NCBI GenBank assembly: GCA_963843375.1
Contig: CAWJKT010000009.1
Coordinates: forward strand, 1 to 64,000
Length of the DNA: 64,000 nucleotides
Direction of reading: 5' to 3'
From: an uncultured Pseudomonadota bacterium
GTDB lineage: Bacteria; Oederibacteriota; Muellerivitia; Muellerivitales; Muellerivitaceae
The translations under genes and the position numbers were made by a program. The notes below the pieces were generated by a model. That model made no database searches. It saw nothing but the letters and a program-made list of their open reading frames with translations, and was not told the origin of the DNA. Below are positions 8,490 to 19,829 of the stretch, one piece after another (the first letter of the stretch is position 1; each line of letters opens with the position of its first letter).

Positions 8490-11255
8490 ATGAATGCTAT
8501 AGAAGTAGAAGAGGCAGTATCTACACTTGCCCAAGCACCATTTGACGAAGATGAGTTCCCCTATGCCTTCCTGATGGCTTTTGGGAACAAAGAAACCACC
8601 CTTAAACGGCTACGCTCTGGCGCAACTAATAAGTCGGACGTGGGTGGAGTTCTTCAAGCCAATAACCTTCACATAACAATCGCTAGTAAAGGCGAGGTCA
8701 CTAAATGCCTTAGTATTCTCAAGGACAGTCCCGCCACATCAAAAGCAAAGGTCCGGTTCATTGTTACTACCGATGGAGACGACTTTGAGGCGGAAGATCT
8801 GGTAACAGGTGAAACCGTTGCTTGTGCCTTCAGTGACTTTCCTGATCACTTTGGCTTTTTCCTGCCTCTTGCAGGAATATCGGCTGTTAAACAAATTCGA
8901 GAGAGCTCTTTCGATATTAGGGCTACTAGCCGTTTGAATAGGCTTTATGTTGAATTACATAAGGACAATCCAGGGTGGGGTACTGATCAACGCCGACATG
9001 AGATGAATCATCTAATGGCGCGTTTGATCTTTTGCTTTTTTGCAGAAGACACAGACATTTTCAAAAGTGAAAGGTTGTTTACAAAAACCGTTGAAATGAT
9101 GAGCGAACGGGATTCGTCAAACACGCACCAGGTAATCAGTGAAATCTTTCGGGCGATGGATACAAAAATTGCTGATCGAGTGCAGATTAAATTACCTCGA
9201 TGGACAGATGCATTTCCGTATGTGAATGGTGGCTTATTCGCTGGAAGTTTTGAAGTTCCACGGTTTAGCAAAATTTCACGCTCCTATCTTCTTCATATCG
9301 GTAACCTTGATTGGACAAAGATCAATCCTGACATCTTTGGTTCGATGATCCAAGCGGTGGCGGATGATGAGGAGCGTGGTGAGCTTGGGATGCATTACAC
9401 AAGTGTGCCCAACATTCTCAAAGTTCTGAACCCTTTATTTCTGGATGATTTGCGAGAGAAGTTGGAAGAGGCGGACGACAATCCTCGAATACTTCTAAAT
9501 CTCCGAAAGAGGATTTCAAAGATCAGAGTTTTTGATCCAGCTTGCGGCTCGGGTAATTTTTTGGTGATCGCTTACAAACAACTTCGGGAAATAGAAAACA
9601 CAATTAACGAAAGACGAAAAGAAAACGGTCGCGCTAGTGATATTCCGTTGACCAACTTTCGTGGTATTGAAATCAGGGACTTCTCCGCAGAAATAGCTAG
9701 ATTGGCTTTAGTGATTGCCAAGTACCAATGTGATCTTTTGTACCTAGGTCAAAAACAGGCATTGGCTATCTTTCTGCCGCTTGATTCTCAAAATTGGATT
9801 ACATGTGGTAATGCTTTACGTTTAGATTGGCTTAGCGTATGTCAACCAACAGGTACAGCAGTCAAATTGTTGGGAGATGATTTGTTCAATTCACCGCTCA
9901 ATCAGGCGCAGATTGACTTTGAAAATGAAGGCGGAGAAACATTTATATGCGGTAATCCACCTTATGTTGGTAGTACTTGGCAATCTACCGAGCAAAAATC
10001 TGACCTCGAAGCAATATTCGATCACCGATGCAAAAATTGGAAATCATTGGATTATGTTGCTGGTTGGTTTATGAAGGCTGCCGATTATGGTATTCATACT
10101 TCAACAAACGCGGCATTTGTATCAACTAATTCAATTTGCCAAGGTCAACAAGTACCAATTCTCTGGCCACTCATTTTTGAAAATGACTACAAAATTTCAT
10201 TTGCACATACTTCCTTTAAGTGGGCAAATCTTGCCAGTAATAATGCTGGAGTCACCGTCGTAATCGTGTCGATAACGAACCAACCGATAAAAACAAAACG
10301 ATTATTCTCAATTGCAGAGGATGGGACAAGTTTTGAAAAGCAGGTTGATTATATAAATGCTTACCTGGTATCGGGTATTAATGTCATTGTTGACAAAGAG
10401 CTAAAACCACTTGGTGAACAATCGATAATGAGTTTTGGTAACAAACCTGTTGATGGGGGTTATTTGCTTCTGACAAGCAATGAATGTGATCAACTGGGTT
10501 TGAATGAAAATCAGCGTAAGCTGTTTGTGCGCCGTATATATGGTTCTGCTGAATTTATAAAAGGTTTGGTTCGATATTGTTTGTGGATTGAAGATAAAAA
10601 TCTTGATGAGGCTTTGTCTATACCAGCTATAAAACAACGGATCGAGGGTGTGCGGGCATCAAGATTGGCTAGCCGAGACGGTGGTGCTAATGAAATGGCA
10701 GCTCGATCACATCAAATGCGAGAGAAGAATTCAGGTCTAAAACATACGTTGGTTGTACCAATCCATTCAAGTGAAGGTCGAGATTACTTGCCGGTTGGAT
10801 GCATCCCTAGTGGCGATGCAGTTTTCAATGCTGCATTTGCTCTTTACGATGCTCCGCTTTGGAATATGTCTGTGATTGCATCTCTTATGCATCGCGGTTG
10901 GATTGCAACAGTATGTGGTCAATTGGAAACTCGTTTGCGTTACTCAAACACTATGGGTTGGAATACGTTTCCGATTACTCAGTTAACTGAAAAAAATAAA
11001 GCAGATTTGACTAGATGTGCAGAGGATATTTTGATCGCTCGGGAAGCGCATTTTCCTTTGACTATCGCTGATCTTTATGAGCCCGAATCAATGCCTGCCG
11101 ATTTGCGTGAGGCGCACGAAAAAAATGATGAGATAATAGAGCGAATCTACATCGGTAGGCGATTTCGCAATGACACAGAACGTCTTGAAAAGCTTTTTGA
11201 GCTATATACTAAGATGACTTCTAAAAACAACTCGCTAAAAGCAAAGTGGATATAA
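8490..11255 (+). CDS. yeeA: MmeI-like N6-adenine DNA methyltransferase (DnmA/YeeA type)
   Basis: GMHYT, FDPACGSGNFL (motif I), GNPPY (motif IV), C-terminal TRD ending RLEKLFELY. Confidence 0.9.
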   Translation: MNAIEVEEAVSTLAQAPFDEDEFPYAFLMAFGNKETTLKRLRSGATNKSDVGGVLQANNLHITIASKGEVTKCLSILKDSPATSKAKVRFIVTTDGDDFEAEDLVTGETVACAFSDFPDHFGFFLPLAGISAVKQIRESSFDIRATSRLNRLYVELHKDNPGWGTDQRRHEMNHLMARLIFCFFAEDTDIFKSERLFTKTVEMMSERDSSNTHQVISEIFRAMDTKIADRVQIKLPRWTDAFPYVNGGLFAGSFEVPRFSKISRSYLLHIGNLDWTKINPDIFGSMIQAVADDEERGELGMHYTSVPNILKVLNPLFLDDLREKLEEADDNPRILLNLRKRISKIRVFDPACGSGNFLVIAYKQLREIENTINERRKENGRASDIPLTNFRGIEIRDFSAEIARLALVIAKYQCDLLYLGQKQALAIFLPLDSQNWITCGNALRLDWLSVCQPTGTAVKLLGDDLFNSPLNQAQIDFENEGGETFICGNPPYVGSTWQSTEQKSDLEAIFDHRCKNWKSLDYVAGWFMKAADYGIHTSTNAAFVSTNSICQGQQVPILWPLIFENDYKISFAHTSFKWANLASNNAGVTVVIVSITNQPIKTKRLFSIAEDGTSFEKQVDYINAYLVSGINVIVDKELKPLGEQSIMSFGNKPVDGGYLLLTSNECDQLGLNENQRKLFVRRIYGSAEFIKGLVRYCLWIEDKNLDEALSIPAIKQRIEGVRASRLASRDGGANEMAARSHQMREKNSGLKHTLVVPIHSSEGRDYLPVGCIPSGDAVFNAAFALYDAPLWNMSVIASLMHRGWIATVCGQLETRLRYSNTMGWNTFPITQLTEKNKADLTRCAEDILIAREAHFPLTIADLYEPESMPADLREAHEKNDEIIERIYIGRRFRNDTERLEKLFELYTKMTSKNNSLKAKWI

Positions 11256-11259
11256 AACA

Positions 11260-13314
11260 TTGAACCCAAAAAGAAAAATCCCCTCAATTTCGATCTCGTA
11301 TTCACATGATGGAAGGTCATCCAAGCCAAATGCCTTTGGCATGCGGGTTATGCAGGAACGGGCTTACGAGAGGCGCGGTGAGCAATACCTATTGATCAAA
11401 TCACCGCCAGCATCAGGTAAAAGCCGTGCGCTGATGTTCATTGCACTCGACAAACTCCATAACCAAGGCTTGAAGCAAGCTTTAGTTGTTGTTCCCGAGA
11501 AATCCATTGGTGCCAGCTTCAACGATGAGCCCTTGAGTAAATATGGTTTTTGGGCTGACTGGTCAGTTGAGCCTAAGTGGAATTTGTGCAACGCTCCTGG
11601 TGAGGATGGTGGCAAGGTTAATTCGGTTGGGGTGTTTCTTTCAGGCTCGGACAAGACGCTTATTTGTACACATGCAACTTTTCGATTTGCTGTTGAAAAA
11701 TACGGGATTGAAGCCTTTGATGGTCGGCTTATCGCCGTTGATGAGCTCCACCACGCATCAGCCAATCCTGACAACAAGTTGGGCGCGTATCTAGGCCAGA
11801 TGATTACGCGTGACAAGGTGCATATCGTAGCAATGACTGGTTCTTATTTCCGTGGGGATACCGAAGCTGTTCTATCTCCATTGGACGAGGCGCGGTTTGA
11901 CACAGTTACTTACACCTATTATGAGCAGTTAAATGGTTACGAGTTCTTAAAGGAACTGAACATTGGCTATTTCTTCTATTCGGGTTCTTACGCGGATGAG
12001 ATTCTTGAAGTTTTAGACCCTAATGAAAAAACGATTATTCACATCCCAAATGTCAACTCTCGTGAAAGTACTAAAGACAAGATCAAAGAGGTAGAACACA
12101 TCATTCATCAGCTGGGTGAATGGCAAGGCGTGGATAAAGAGACGGGCTTTCAGTTGGTGAAGACGCAAGAGGGCAAAACGCTTCGAATTGCTGACTTGGT
12201 CGATCCTGATAACCAAGCATTGATTCAAGCGAGCCTTCGATCCCCGAGAATCAAAAGTGATCGCGACTATGTGGACATCATCATCGCCTTGGGTATGGCG
12301 AAAGAAGGTTTTGATTGGATTTGGTGTGAGCATGCCTTGACTGTTGGTTATCGTTCCAGTCTTACGGAAATTGTGCAAATTATTGGGCGTGTAACACGCG
12401 ATGCCCCGAATAAAACGAAGGCTAAATTTACTAACCTAATTGCTGAATTGAACGCCACGGAGCAAGCGGTTACGGAAGCGGTTAACGACACGCTCAAAGC
12501 AATTGCCGCTAGTTTGTTGATGGAGCAAGTTCTTGCCCCCCGTTTCGAATTCAAACCTAAAAACTCCAACAACGTCCCGTCGGACGGTTTTGATTATGGT
12601 AAGGCGGGATACCAGCCGGATAAGTGCAACGTTGGTTTCAACCAAGATACTGGCCAATTTCAAATCGAGATCAAGGGTCTAACAGAGCCCAAAAGCCTCG
12701 AAGCTGCTCGTATCTGTCGAGAAGACTTGAATGAAGTAATCGCCACATTCGTTCAGGAAAAATCAAGTATTGAACGAGGGCTGTTCGATAGTGAATTGAT
12801 TCCTGAGGAACTGACACAGGTCCGGATGGGTAAGATCGTCAAAGACAAATTTCCAGAACTTGACGCTGAGGATCAAGAAGCTGTACGTCAACACGCAATT
12901 GCGGCACTGAATATAACACAGCAAGCACAACAGATTGCCTTGAATGACTTGGGTGGTCGTGAAAGTGAGTTGAAGGCTAACACTGCACTAATTGATGGTG
13001 TTCGAAGGTTCGCAATGGATGTCAGGGAATTGGACATTGATCTCATAGATCGGATAAATCCGTTTAGTAAAGCTTATGCGATCCTGGCAAAGACAATGAA
13101 TGAAGACAATCTCAAGCAAGTTGCTACCGCTATCAGCGTAAAACGTAGGAACTTATCGCCTGAGGAAGCGAAGGAACTCGCGATTAGGGCGGTCAAGTTC
13201 AAGAAAGATCGTGGGCGCTTGCCTGAAATTAGTTCTATGGATGCTTGGGAGAAACGTTTGGCGGAGGGTGCTGCAGCATTTGTACGTTACAAGGACGAAG
13301 GGCGCTATGAGTGA
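11260..13314 (+). CDS. yeeB: SF2 helicase, YeeB-like
   Basis: SPPASGKS Walker A, DELHH, MTGS, QIIGR; follows the MTase. Confidence 0.88.
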   Translation: MNPKRKIPSISISYSHDGRSSKPNAFGMRVMQERAYERRGEQYLLIKSPPASGKSRALMFIALDKLHNQGLKQALVVVPEKSIGASFNDEPLSKYGFWADWSVEPKWNLCNAPGEDGGKVNSVGVFLSGSDKTLICTHATFRFAVEKYGIEAFDGRLIAVDELHHASANPDNKLGAYLGQMITRDKVHIVAMTGSYFRGDTEAVLSPLDEARFDTVTYTYYEQLNGYEFLKELNIGYFFYSGSYADEILEVLDPNEKTIIHIPNVNSRESTKDKIKEVEHIIHQLGEWQGVDKETGFQLVKTQEGKTLRIADLVDPDNQALIQASLRSPRIKSDRDYVDIIIALGMAKEGFDWIWCEHALTVGYRSSLTEIVQIIGRVTRDAPNKTKAKFTNLIAELNATEQAVTEAVNDTLKAIAASLLMEQVLAPRFEFKPKNSNNVPSDGFDYGKAGYQPDKCNVGFNQDTGQFQIEIKGLTEPKSLEAARICREDLNEVIATFVQEKSSIERGLFDSELIPEELTQVRMGKIVKDKFPELDAEDQEAVRQHAIAALNITQQAQQIALNDLGGRESELKANTALIDGVRRFAMDVRELDIDLIDRINPFSKAYAILAKTMNEDNLKQVATAISVKRRNLSPEEAKELAIRAVKFKKDRGRLPEISSMDAWEKRLAEGAAAFVRYKDEGRYE

Positions 13315-14512
13315 TTTAGATGATTTGCGTTCTGAATTAGACGAATTTGCCCAACCAACAAATAAAAGTGGGAAAAGCGCCTTTGAAGAACGTGTGATGG
13401 CTGGGTTTGAAGAGATACAGCGTTTTGTAACCCAGAACGGGCATTTTCCAGAGAACCGTGAAGACAGAGATATCTTCGAACGAATTTATGCGGTGAGACT
13501 TGACCGTATTCGTGTAGACGAAATGTGTAGAAGCCTAGTTTTGCCAATAGATCATCAAGGATTGTTGGGGGCGCGTGGCGGGCCCCAGGAAGATGCTACA
13601 AAATCAATGGACGATGACGAATTGCTCGCCGAGTTGGAAGAGATGGGTGCCAAATCAAACCTGACTGAGTTGCGCCACATTCGTACATCAGCTGAGATAA
13701 AAGCGGCTGAAGAGATTGCTAGTCGGGAGAAATGCAAGGATTTCGAGAATTTCAAGCCAATGCTTGAGAAAGTTAAAAGAGAAATTGAATCTGGGGTTCG
13801 TCAGACGCGCCCATTCGCCAAAAACGCAGGTATAGAAATTGGAAATATCTTTATTCTCAATGGGCAACTTGCTTTTGTGGCTGAAGTGGGGGGAATCTTT
13901 AAAACCCCTAATGGCGAAATCGACGGAAGACTTCGTGTTATTTATGACAATGGGACTGAAAGCAATTTGTTGATACGATCACTACAAAGAGCACTCTATA
14001 AAGACGTGGCTGGCAGGCGGGTGACAGACCCAGACGTTGGTCCGTTATTTTCTGATTCTGTAGAAAATGACGACATAGAAAGCGGAACGATTTACGTTCT
14101 TCGAAGCCTATCAGATCATCCGTATATTGCAGAGCATCGCCAGCTAGTCCACAAGATTGGTGTGACTGGTAGCAAAGTGGAGACGCGTATCCATAATGCT
14201 GAAAACGAGGCTACTTACCTCTTAGCGAAAGTGGAAGTTATTGCCAGCTACAAGCTCTTTGGAATAAATCGAACCAAGCTCGAAAACATCTTCCATCGTT
14301 TGTTTTCTTCCGCACAGCTTGATCTTGTGATCCATGATCGTTTTGGAAACCCGGTGAAGCCTAAAGAGTGGTTCCTTGTGCCTTTGCAAGTGATTGATGA
14401 AGCGGTTAAATATGTTAGAGATGGAACAATCGTTGACTTCATTTACGACACTAAAACGGCTCGCCTTGTAAAAGTCGATTCAAAAAAACTAATTGCTGAT
14501 TCTAACACCTAA
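13307..14512 (+). CDS. yeeC: GIY-YIG/T5orf172 nuclease, YeeC-like
   Basis: SGTIYVLRS...HKIGVT...RI...LENIFH...PKEWF; overlaps yeeB stop. Confidence 0.87.
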   Translation: MSDLDDLRSELDEFAQPTNKSGKSAFEERVMAGFEEIQRFVTQNGHFPENREDRDIFERIYAVRLDRIRVDEMCRSLVLPIDHQGLLGARGGPQEDATKSMDDDELLAELEEMGAKSNLTELRHIRTSAEIKAAEEIASREKCKDFENFKPMLEKVKREIESGVRQTRPFAKNAGIEIGNIFILNGQLAFVAEVGGIFKTPNGEIDGRLRVIYDNGTESNLLIRSLQRALYKDVAGRRVTDPDVGPLFSDSVENDDIESGTIYVLRSLSDHPYIAEHRQLVHKIGVTGSKVETRIHNAENEATYLLAKVEVIASYKLFGINRTKLENIFHRLFSSAQLDLVIHDRFGNPVKPKEWFLVPLQVIDEAVKYVRDGTIVDFIYDTKTARLVKVDSKKLIADSNT

Positions 14513-14663
14513 GAGCAGGCTCAAACGGTTTGCGGTGTGAGTTAACAATTGGCGCAAAAGATGGGGGCATTTCAGGCCGCGAATCTGGTAATGAAGAGTA
14601 GTCATTGCGGAAAACAGGACGTTTAAATTTTAAAATTCTTGAAAATGTATGGGGTGAATTCGA

Positions 14664-16424
14664 ATGTATGACTTGATCAAGAAACAAATAACAGCGGATT
14701 ATTTTAAAAATAATTTTACTAATGATGGTCAACGTTTTGTAGCCTGGTATCTCCGTAATGTTCTTTTTCGAGACATGAATGAAACGCGGGATGACATTAC
14801 CGATGGCGCGGACGACAAGCAAATCGACGCAATAATAGTTGATGACGAAAAATCGTTAGTCCGCATTGTCCAAGGCAAGTTTGTTCAAGGTGGGGTTGTT
14901 GATGCTGAACCCTTGCGAGAGGTTTTGTCTTCGTGGATTCAAATTAAGAATCTTTCTCGTTTGCAGAATGTTTCGAACGCAAAGCTACAAAAAAAATTAT
15001 CCGAATTGGCTATGGCGCTTGAAGAAGATTATGAAATATCTTTTGAATTAATAACGACTGGAATGTTGACGGAATCTGCTAAAAACGATTTGGAAACGTT
15101 CCAACAAGAGTTGGAACGGATAAGTGACAATGAGGATTTCGATGCAACGATACATGCTATAGACAATGAAGAACTTAAACGAAGATATGAATATGCAATT
15201 GAAACCGACAATCCAAGCATTAATTACAAGTTGAATTTAAATGGAAGCAAGTATATGTATCATGAAATTGCTGGCACACAAGTGATTGTTATTGCACTTC
15301 CTTTAAAAGAGTGCGTGAAACTTCCGGGGATTAAAGATGGTACCCTTTTTCAAAAAAATGTTCGCCAAAGCCTTGGTACAAGTAATTCGGTCAATAAAGG
15401 TATTAGAAAAACGATTATTGGTGACAAACGTTCGGATTTCTTTTTCTTTCATAATGGTGTCACTGCGTTGTGTAACAAAATGGAATTGAATGGTGACGTT
15501 TTGTCGTTATCTGGCTTAAGTGTTGTGAATGGTTGTCAATCGCTTAACACAATATTGTCGTGTAGTGAAACAGTTAAGAAGGTTGATGATGCTTTTATTT
15601 TATTTCGGTTTTATGAAATACCTCAACGTGATAGAGCCGATAAAATATCCATCAATACCAATTCTCAAAGCGCTGTTAAAGCTCGTGATTTGAGAAGTAA
15701 TGATAAACGTGTGCTGGCGATGAAAAAATCATATGAACTCAAGTTTCCTAATGGTCAATTCATTACAAAGCGTGGCGAACCAGCGGGAGCCGATAAGGAT
15801 ATAAATTATGTTGTTGAACTGTCCGAGTTTGCCAAATATTTAATGGCTTGGCATTCACAACGACCAAATCTGTCTTATGGTGAGACTAAAATATTTGATA
15901 AGTACTTTGAGACCCTTTTTAAAAATAAAGATTATTCACCGGAGAATGTATTTGCCCTCAACATGTGGATGAAGCATGTGCTGAAAATGTGGGTCGCAGA
16001 GAACCCCCTCAATCTGAACGAAACGCTTTTAACCATGCGGGCGTATGCGCCATACCATCACTTGTACGCAATAGGTATGTGTTTCTCAATTGCTAATAAT
16101 CAATCGGAACGTGTACCGGATCCATTTGCAACTTACGAAGTTGCATTAAAATTCGGGTTAATTGATGAAATTGTTAAGGTGGCCGGAATTAGCCTTAATA
16201 TGGCACTTGAAGCTGCGGCTAACGAAGTTCAACCAGCGAATAGAGTCTTTAGTCCCCAAAATTGGATTAAATCTAAAGGTTGTCTGGCAGGTATTAACGG
16301 GGCGATACGTAACTATTTTAGTATGCTTCCAATGATTCCCGGTGGTGCGGAAATAAAGCGGAAATTGAGCGAAGGAACCACACTGAAAAGTGATAGTTTT
16401 AATTACCGTTGGTCTGCGGATTGA
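14664..16424 (+). CDS. AIPR family protein
   Basis: DGADDKQIDAI N-domain; LFQKNVR, FFFFHNGVT, VVNGCQS, TNSQ..V..RDL. Confidence 0.9.
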   Translation: MYDLIKKQITADYFKNNFTNDGQRFVAWYLRNVLFRDMNETRDDITDGADDKQIDAIIVDDEKSLVRIVQGKFVQGGVVDAEPLREVLSSWIQIKNLSRLQNVSNAKLQKKLSELAMALEEDYEISFELITTGMLTESAKNDLETFQQELERISDNEDFDATIHAIDNEELKRRYEYAIETDNPSINYKLNLNGSKYMYHEIAGTQVIVIALPLKECVKLPGIKDGTLFQKNVRQSLGTSNSVNKGIRKTIIGDKRSDFFFFHNGVTALCNKMELNGDVLSLSGLSVVNGCQSLNTILSCSETVKKVDDAFILFRFYEIPQRDRADKISINTNSQSAVKARDLRSNDKRVLAMKKSYELKFPNGQFITKRGEPAGADKDINYVVELSEFAKYLMAWHSQRPNLSYGETKIFDKYFETLFKNKDYSPENVFALNMWMKHVLKMWVAENPLNLNETLLTMRAYAPYHHLYAIGMCFSIANNQSERVPDPFATYEVALKFGLIDEIVKVAGISLNMALEAAANEVQPANRVFSPQNWIKSKGCLAGINGAIRNYFSMLPMIPGGAEIKRKLSEGTTLKSDSFNYRWSAD

Positions 16425-17035
16425 GAAGGTTTTGACTTTGTTGTCCCTGTTGTTAGTTCCAATTCCTATCACTTAGTACGTCATGGTAAGGCCTTAACTA
16501 TCTCCCAGAATGAGATAACCTTGACGCGACTTAATCGATAAAGCATCCTCGACATAAGACTACCATCGATACAGAAGACCTCCAAGGCGACCGACAAACA
16601 CCTCAAAACAATTCCAAAAAGATCAAAGACGCAGATCCAAACTGGGTCGCCGGTGGTTCCGCGCCATGGAACTAAGAAATTCTAGTTTTGGGCTGTAATA
16701 CGGGGCAAATGTTCATGCTCCGATTCTGATTTCCAAAGCTAATATATTTTTGGATCAGCTTTTGGGGGGAAGGTCAAGATGACACTGAAATTAGTGATCC
16801 TTCACCCGAAAACCTGAAAAAGTACGAATATTTGGTCAAACACTTTGAACGTTTAAATTAATGGCTCGGAAAAAAAGCATTAAAGAAAGATAACAGATTA
16901 ATTTTTTAACCCCAAGCTCATTTAATAAATTCATGAACCAGTTGCAGAATATTAAAGCTATTGGATTTACTTCAGAACTCGATGTTGTTTTATCCAAGAC
17001 TGATGTTTGGAAGATTGGAATTTTAGAAAAGTTAT

Positions 17036-17521
17036 TTATTTTAAAAAATCCTTTGCTAAATCTTCTGCATTGTAAACCAAACAAGGCCAAGTACCTCCAC
17101 CCTTAGGGGGCATTTGAAAAACCCAAAACATAAGTTTTGCATTTTCATCGGGGAAAGTAAGTAATTGGAGTTGTTCCTGTGTAAAACCCCGGACAACGTA
17201 TAATTTTTTGTCCTTTTCTTGACGGGTGGATAGAAAAATTTCAGCATCTGTTTCCCTTAAAAACAAAGGGAGTACTAAAGTAAAATCTGGTGATTTTACC
17301 GGCATAACAAAATAGTTTCCGGTTATTTTTCCTGCTGAAAATTCCATCAACCCCCAAAATGGCTGTCCTTCGACGTTTTCATCAGGGAGGAGTTTCTTTA
17401 TGCGCTCACGAAAATCTCTAAAAAATTCCTTTCTTTCTTCTTTCGGTAAAACCCTATGGGGAAAAACTTGCCCTTTAAATCGTTTTGCAAAAAATTTTAA
17501 ATATTGCAGGAAAGGTTTCAT
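17036..17521 (-). CDS. Hypothetical protein translationally coupled to the XRE regulator
   Basis: 161-aa ORF with ATGA overlap at 17518-17521. Confidence 0.6.
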   Translation of the reverse strand: MKPFLQYLKFFAKRFKGQVFPHRVLPKEERKEFFRDFRERIKKLLPDENVEGQPFWGLMEFSAGKITGNYFVMPVKSPDFTLVLPLFLRETDAEIFLSTRQEKDKKLYVVRGFTQEQLQLLTFPDENAKLMFWVFQMPPKGGGTWPCLVYNAEDLAKDFLK

Positions 17522-17784
17522 TTTTTGTTTTTGTCACCGTGGGGACCTGAATCATTTGGAAAAAAATCATGTATTGAACAGCACAAAGCTTTCGCAAGCC
17601 TATACAAGACCCAAGTTGGAATTTGGATTATTTTTTTACGTTCCCACCGTTGAACAGTCCTGGGCGCCACTTCGACCTTTCCAGCAAGATCCTCCTGGGT
17701 GATCCCTTTTCTGATCCTCATTTCGGCTATCCGATGTTGGATTTCTTTTAAAAATGAATTTTCAGAAGGGCTTAAATTGGACAT
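17518..17784 (-). CDS. XRE-family HTH repressor
   Basis: RIRKGITQEDLAGKVEVAPRTVQRWE...LYRLAKAL. Confidence 0.9.
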   Translation of the reverse strand: MSNLSPSENSFLKEIQHRIAEMRIRKGITQEDLAGKVEVAPRTVQRWERKKIIQIPTWVLYRLAKALCCSIHDFFPNDSGPHGDKNKK

Positions 17785-17813
17785 TTTTGAATAGTATTTC
17801 ACGCAAAATACTC

Positions 17814-17840
17814 TTTCCACGACCTCCGGGGTCGTGGAAA
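17814..17840. promoter_or_regulatory. Perfect 11-bp inverted repeat, candidate XRE operator
   Basis: TTTCCACGACC-tccgg-GGTCGTGGAAA between divergent genes. Confidence 0.65.
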
Positions 17841-17957
17841 AAGATTTTTGAATAATTGAGAATTACCTCCAAGTCATTCGGGCAAAAACCATTAGAAAGC
17901 TCAAATAAAGCTTTCGGTTTAACGGGGGAGGCCCGCCCTGGACTTATGGAGGGTTAT

Positions 17958-19045
17958 ATGAAAAAGAATTCCGCTATCATTTTGGGAATATCGCTGTTCG
18001 TAATTTCCGCTTTTATTTGCTCAATAGGCTGTAAAAACAGCGGCCCTTCAACCCCTTACGATATTGGCTTTACCCCAACCCCTGTCCGTATTTATGGGCC
18101 AGTTAATGCTTTTGTTGAGGATAAAGGGATTGCTGTCCCAAACCTTTTAGTTCAGGCGATACCCCCTTCCGGTGTGACAGTCTTTAGCCAATCCACCACG
18201 GCAAGCGGGATCGCAACCTTTAACCCGCCTTATCTTGAATTGGGGAATTGGACTTTTGTGGTTCCGGCCCAAACCCCGTTCCCCTATGCCCCTAGCACCA
18301 TCACCATGCCCGTGTCAGTCGTCAATGAAACGGCCAATTTCAACACGGCGGGGGCTACAATTTATTTGACCCCGACTGTGCCGGAATCTTTCACTTCAAC
18401 CAACCCCGGCTCCCCCTATACCTACAACATGATTTATAGCCAGCCCGGAAATTTATTCGTTCCGGGAAAAATCGCCTTTTCCGGATTTCCAACAAATTGG
18501 AGCGCGTCTTACGGCCCGACGACGATTGGATTTGGGAATGCCGACACCGGCTCCGTTACCGTTGTTGGTGTCAATTGTGTGGACAGGCAACCGAGTTTCG
18601 CTGTGACCGCCCTCGATTTTGAACCAACACCTTATCCCAGGGCCAACAGTTCGCCACAAACAATCGCAAAAGGTTTCACCTCGACCGTCACCGTTACTTG
18701 GAACACGACTGGGTTGAATTCCGATTTCTGCAACAACGGAACTGCTATTGGAATCGTATATGGAACCCTTACTGTTTCGACCTCCAATGCTTGTTCTTAT
18801 GATGCCGTTGTTTCAGTTTCAATGAACGCGGGGAATTGCTGTTACAGCCAATTCCAGACACCCAATGGGAAGTCTCCGCCGCGAATTGTGGTGGGGGTGG
18901 GGTCAATTTTGGGCCCGGGTCCTATAACTGCACTGTCCTGAGTGGAGCCACTTGGGGAGCCCTTAATTGTTCCTTCAACGGTATCTCAAATACCGTCAAC
19001 GTTCCGACATCGGGTTCGGTCCAACTTTTAAGCACAACTTATTAA
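17958..19045 (+). CDS. Beta-rich (Ig-like) surface lipoprotein, frameshift near 18870
   Basis: GGAGG SD, signal peptide with SIGC lipobox, T/S/P/N-rich beta-strand pattern, Cys-rich C-terminus. Confidence 0.7.
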
Positions 19046-19057
19046 GGGGCCAGAATT

Positions 19058-19818
19058 ATGAAAATATCTTCTGGCATTTTGACTGATTTGTTTGATTTAT
19101 GGGTTGCGGAAAAGGCCCTGCCGGACCGACCGGGCCCCAAGGTCCACCTGGGACCGGGTATCCCGGCTTTTCAGTGGAGTTTGAGAACGGGATTTATCCC
19201 GACAGCCGGATATGCCGGGTGCTGACCCCCATTGGCTGGATGGAAGCAATCCCAATACGGCGCCGGGGACGGGCGAGATTGAAGTAGCCACCGGAACAAC
19301 AACCTCGAATGTGGCTTTGGGCTTGGTCCGGTTCGACCTTTCCTATGGCGTTCCTATCAAACGCCACCATCACCTCCGCAAGCCTTCAATTGACAACCCA
19401 AACCACCACCAACCTTTCCAGCCGGAACTTATGTTTTTGGGGTCCATCAAGTCATCCACCCCCCGCCGGACAGGTGCCCTGGAACGACTCCAGCACATGG
19501 AATGTGGTGGTTCCCCCCTATGGATGGAACGGAGGGACAAGTTCTCCCATTACGGCGGGGGTGGATTACAACTCGACGCCCATGGACGCGGTGACTGTTA
19601 CCTCTTCCCAGGTCAATTCAACCCAAGTTCTCTTGGCTTGGAACATCACGCCTTCCCTTGCCCAGGTTTGGGTGAACAAATCCAACAACAATTATGGGGT
19701 TTTGATTTCGCCCGAACCCGAGACAAGCGGAACGCTTTCGGGGTTTATTTCCTTTTGGGACAACACCGGGAACAGCCAGCAGAAACCAAAGATGCTGGTC
19801 ACCTACACCATTCCATAA
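19058..19818 (+). CDS. Collagen-motif, DNRLRE-like lipoprotein (several indels)
   Basis: MGC lipobox, GPAGPTGPQGPPG, LVRFDL..ATITSASLQL..STWN..NYGVLI..KPKMLVTY. Confidence 0.65.
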
Positions 19819-19829
19819 GGAGGAATAGT

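Noticed and set aside
14500..14550. Integron attC site between yeeC and AIPR
   Set aside because: CTAAC...GTTAAC is present but core-site consensus and internal pairing are poor; integrase lacks integron context
16425..17035. Degraded gene between AIPR and 17036 ORF
   Set aside because: Coding-like patches with stops, no recognisable family
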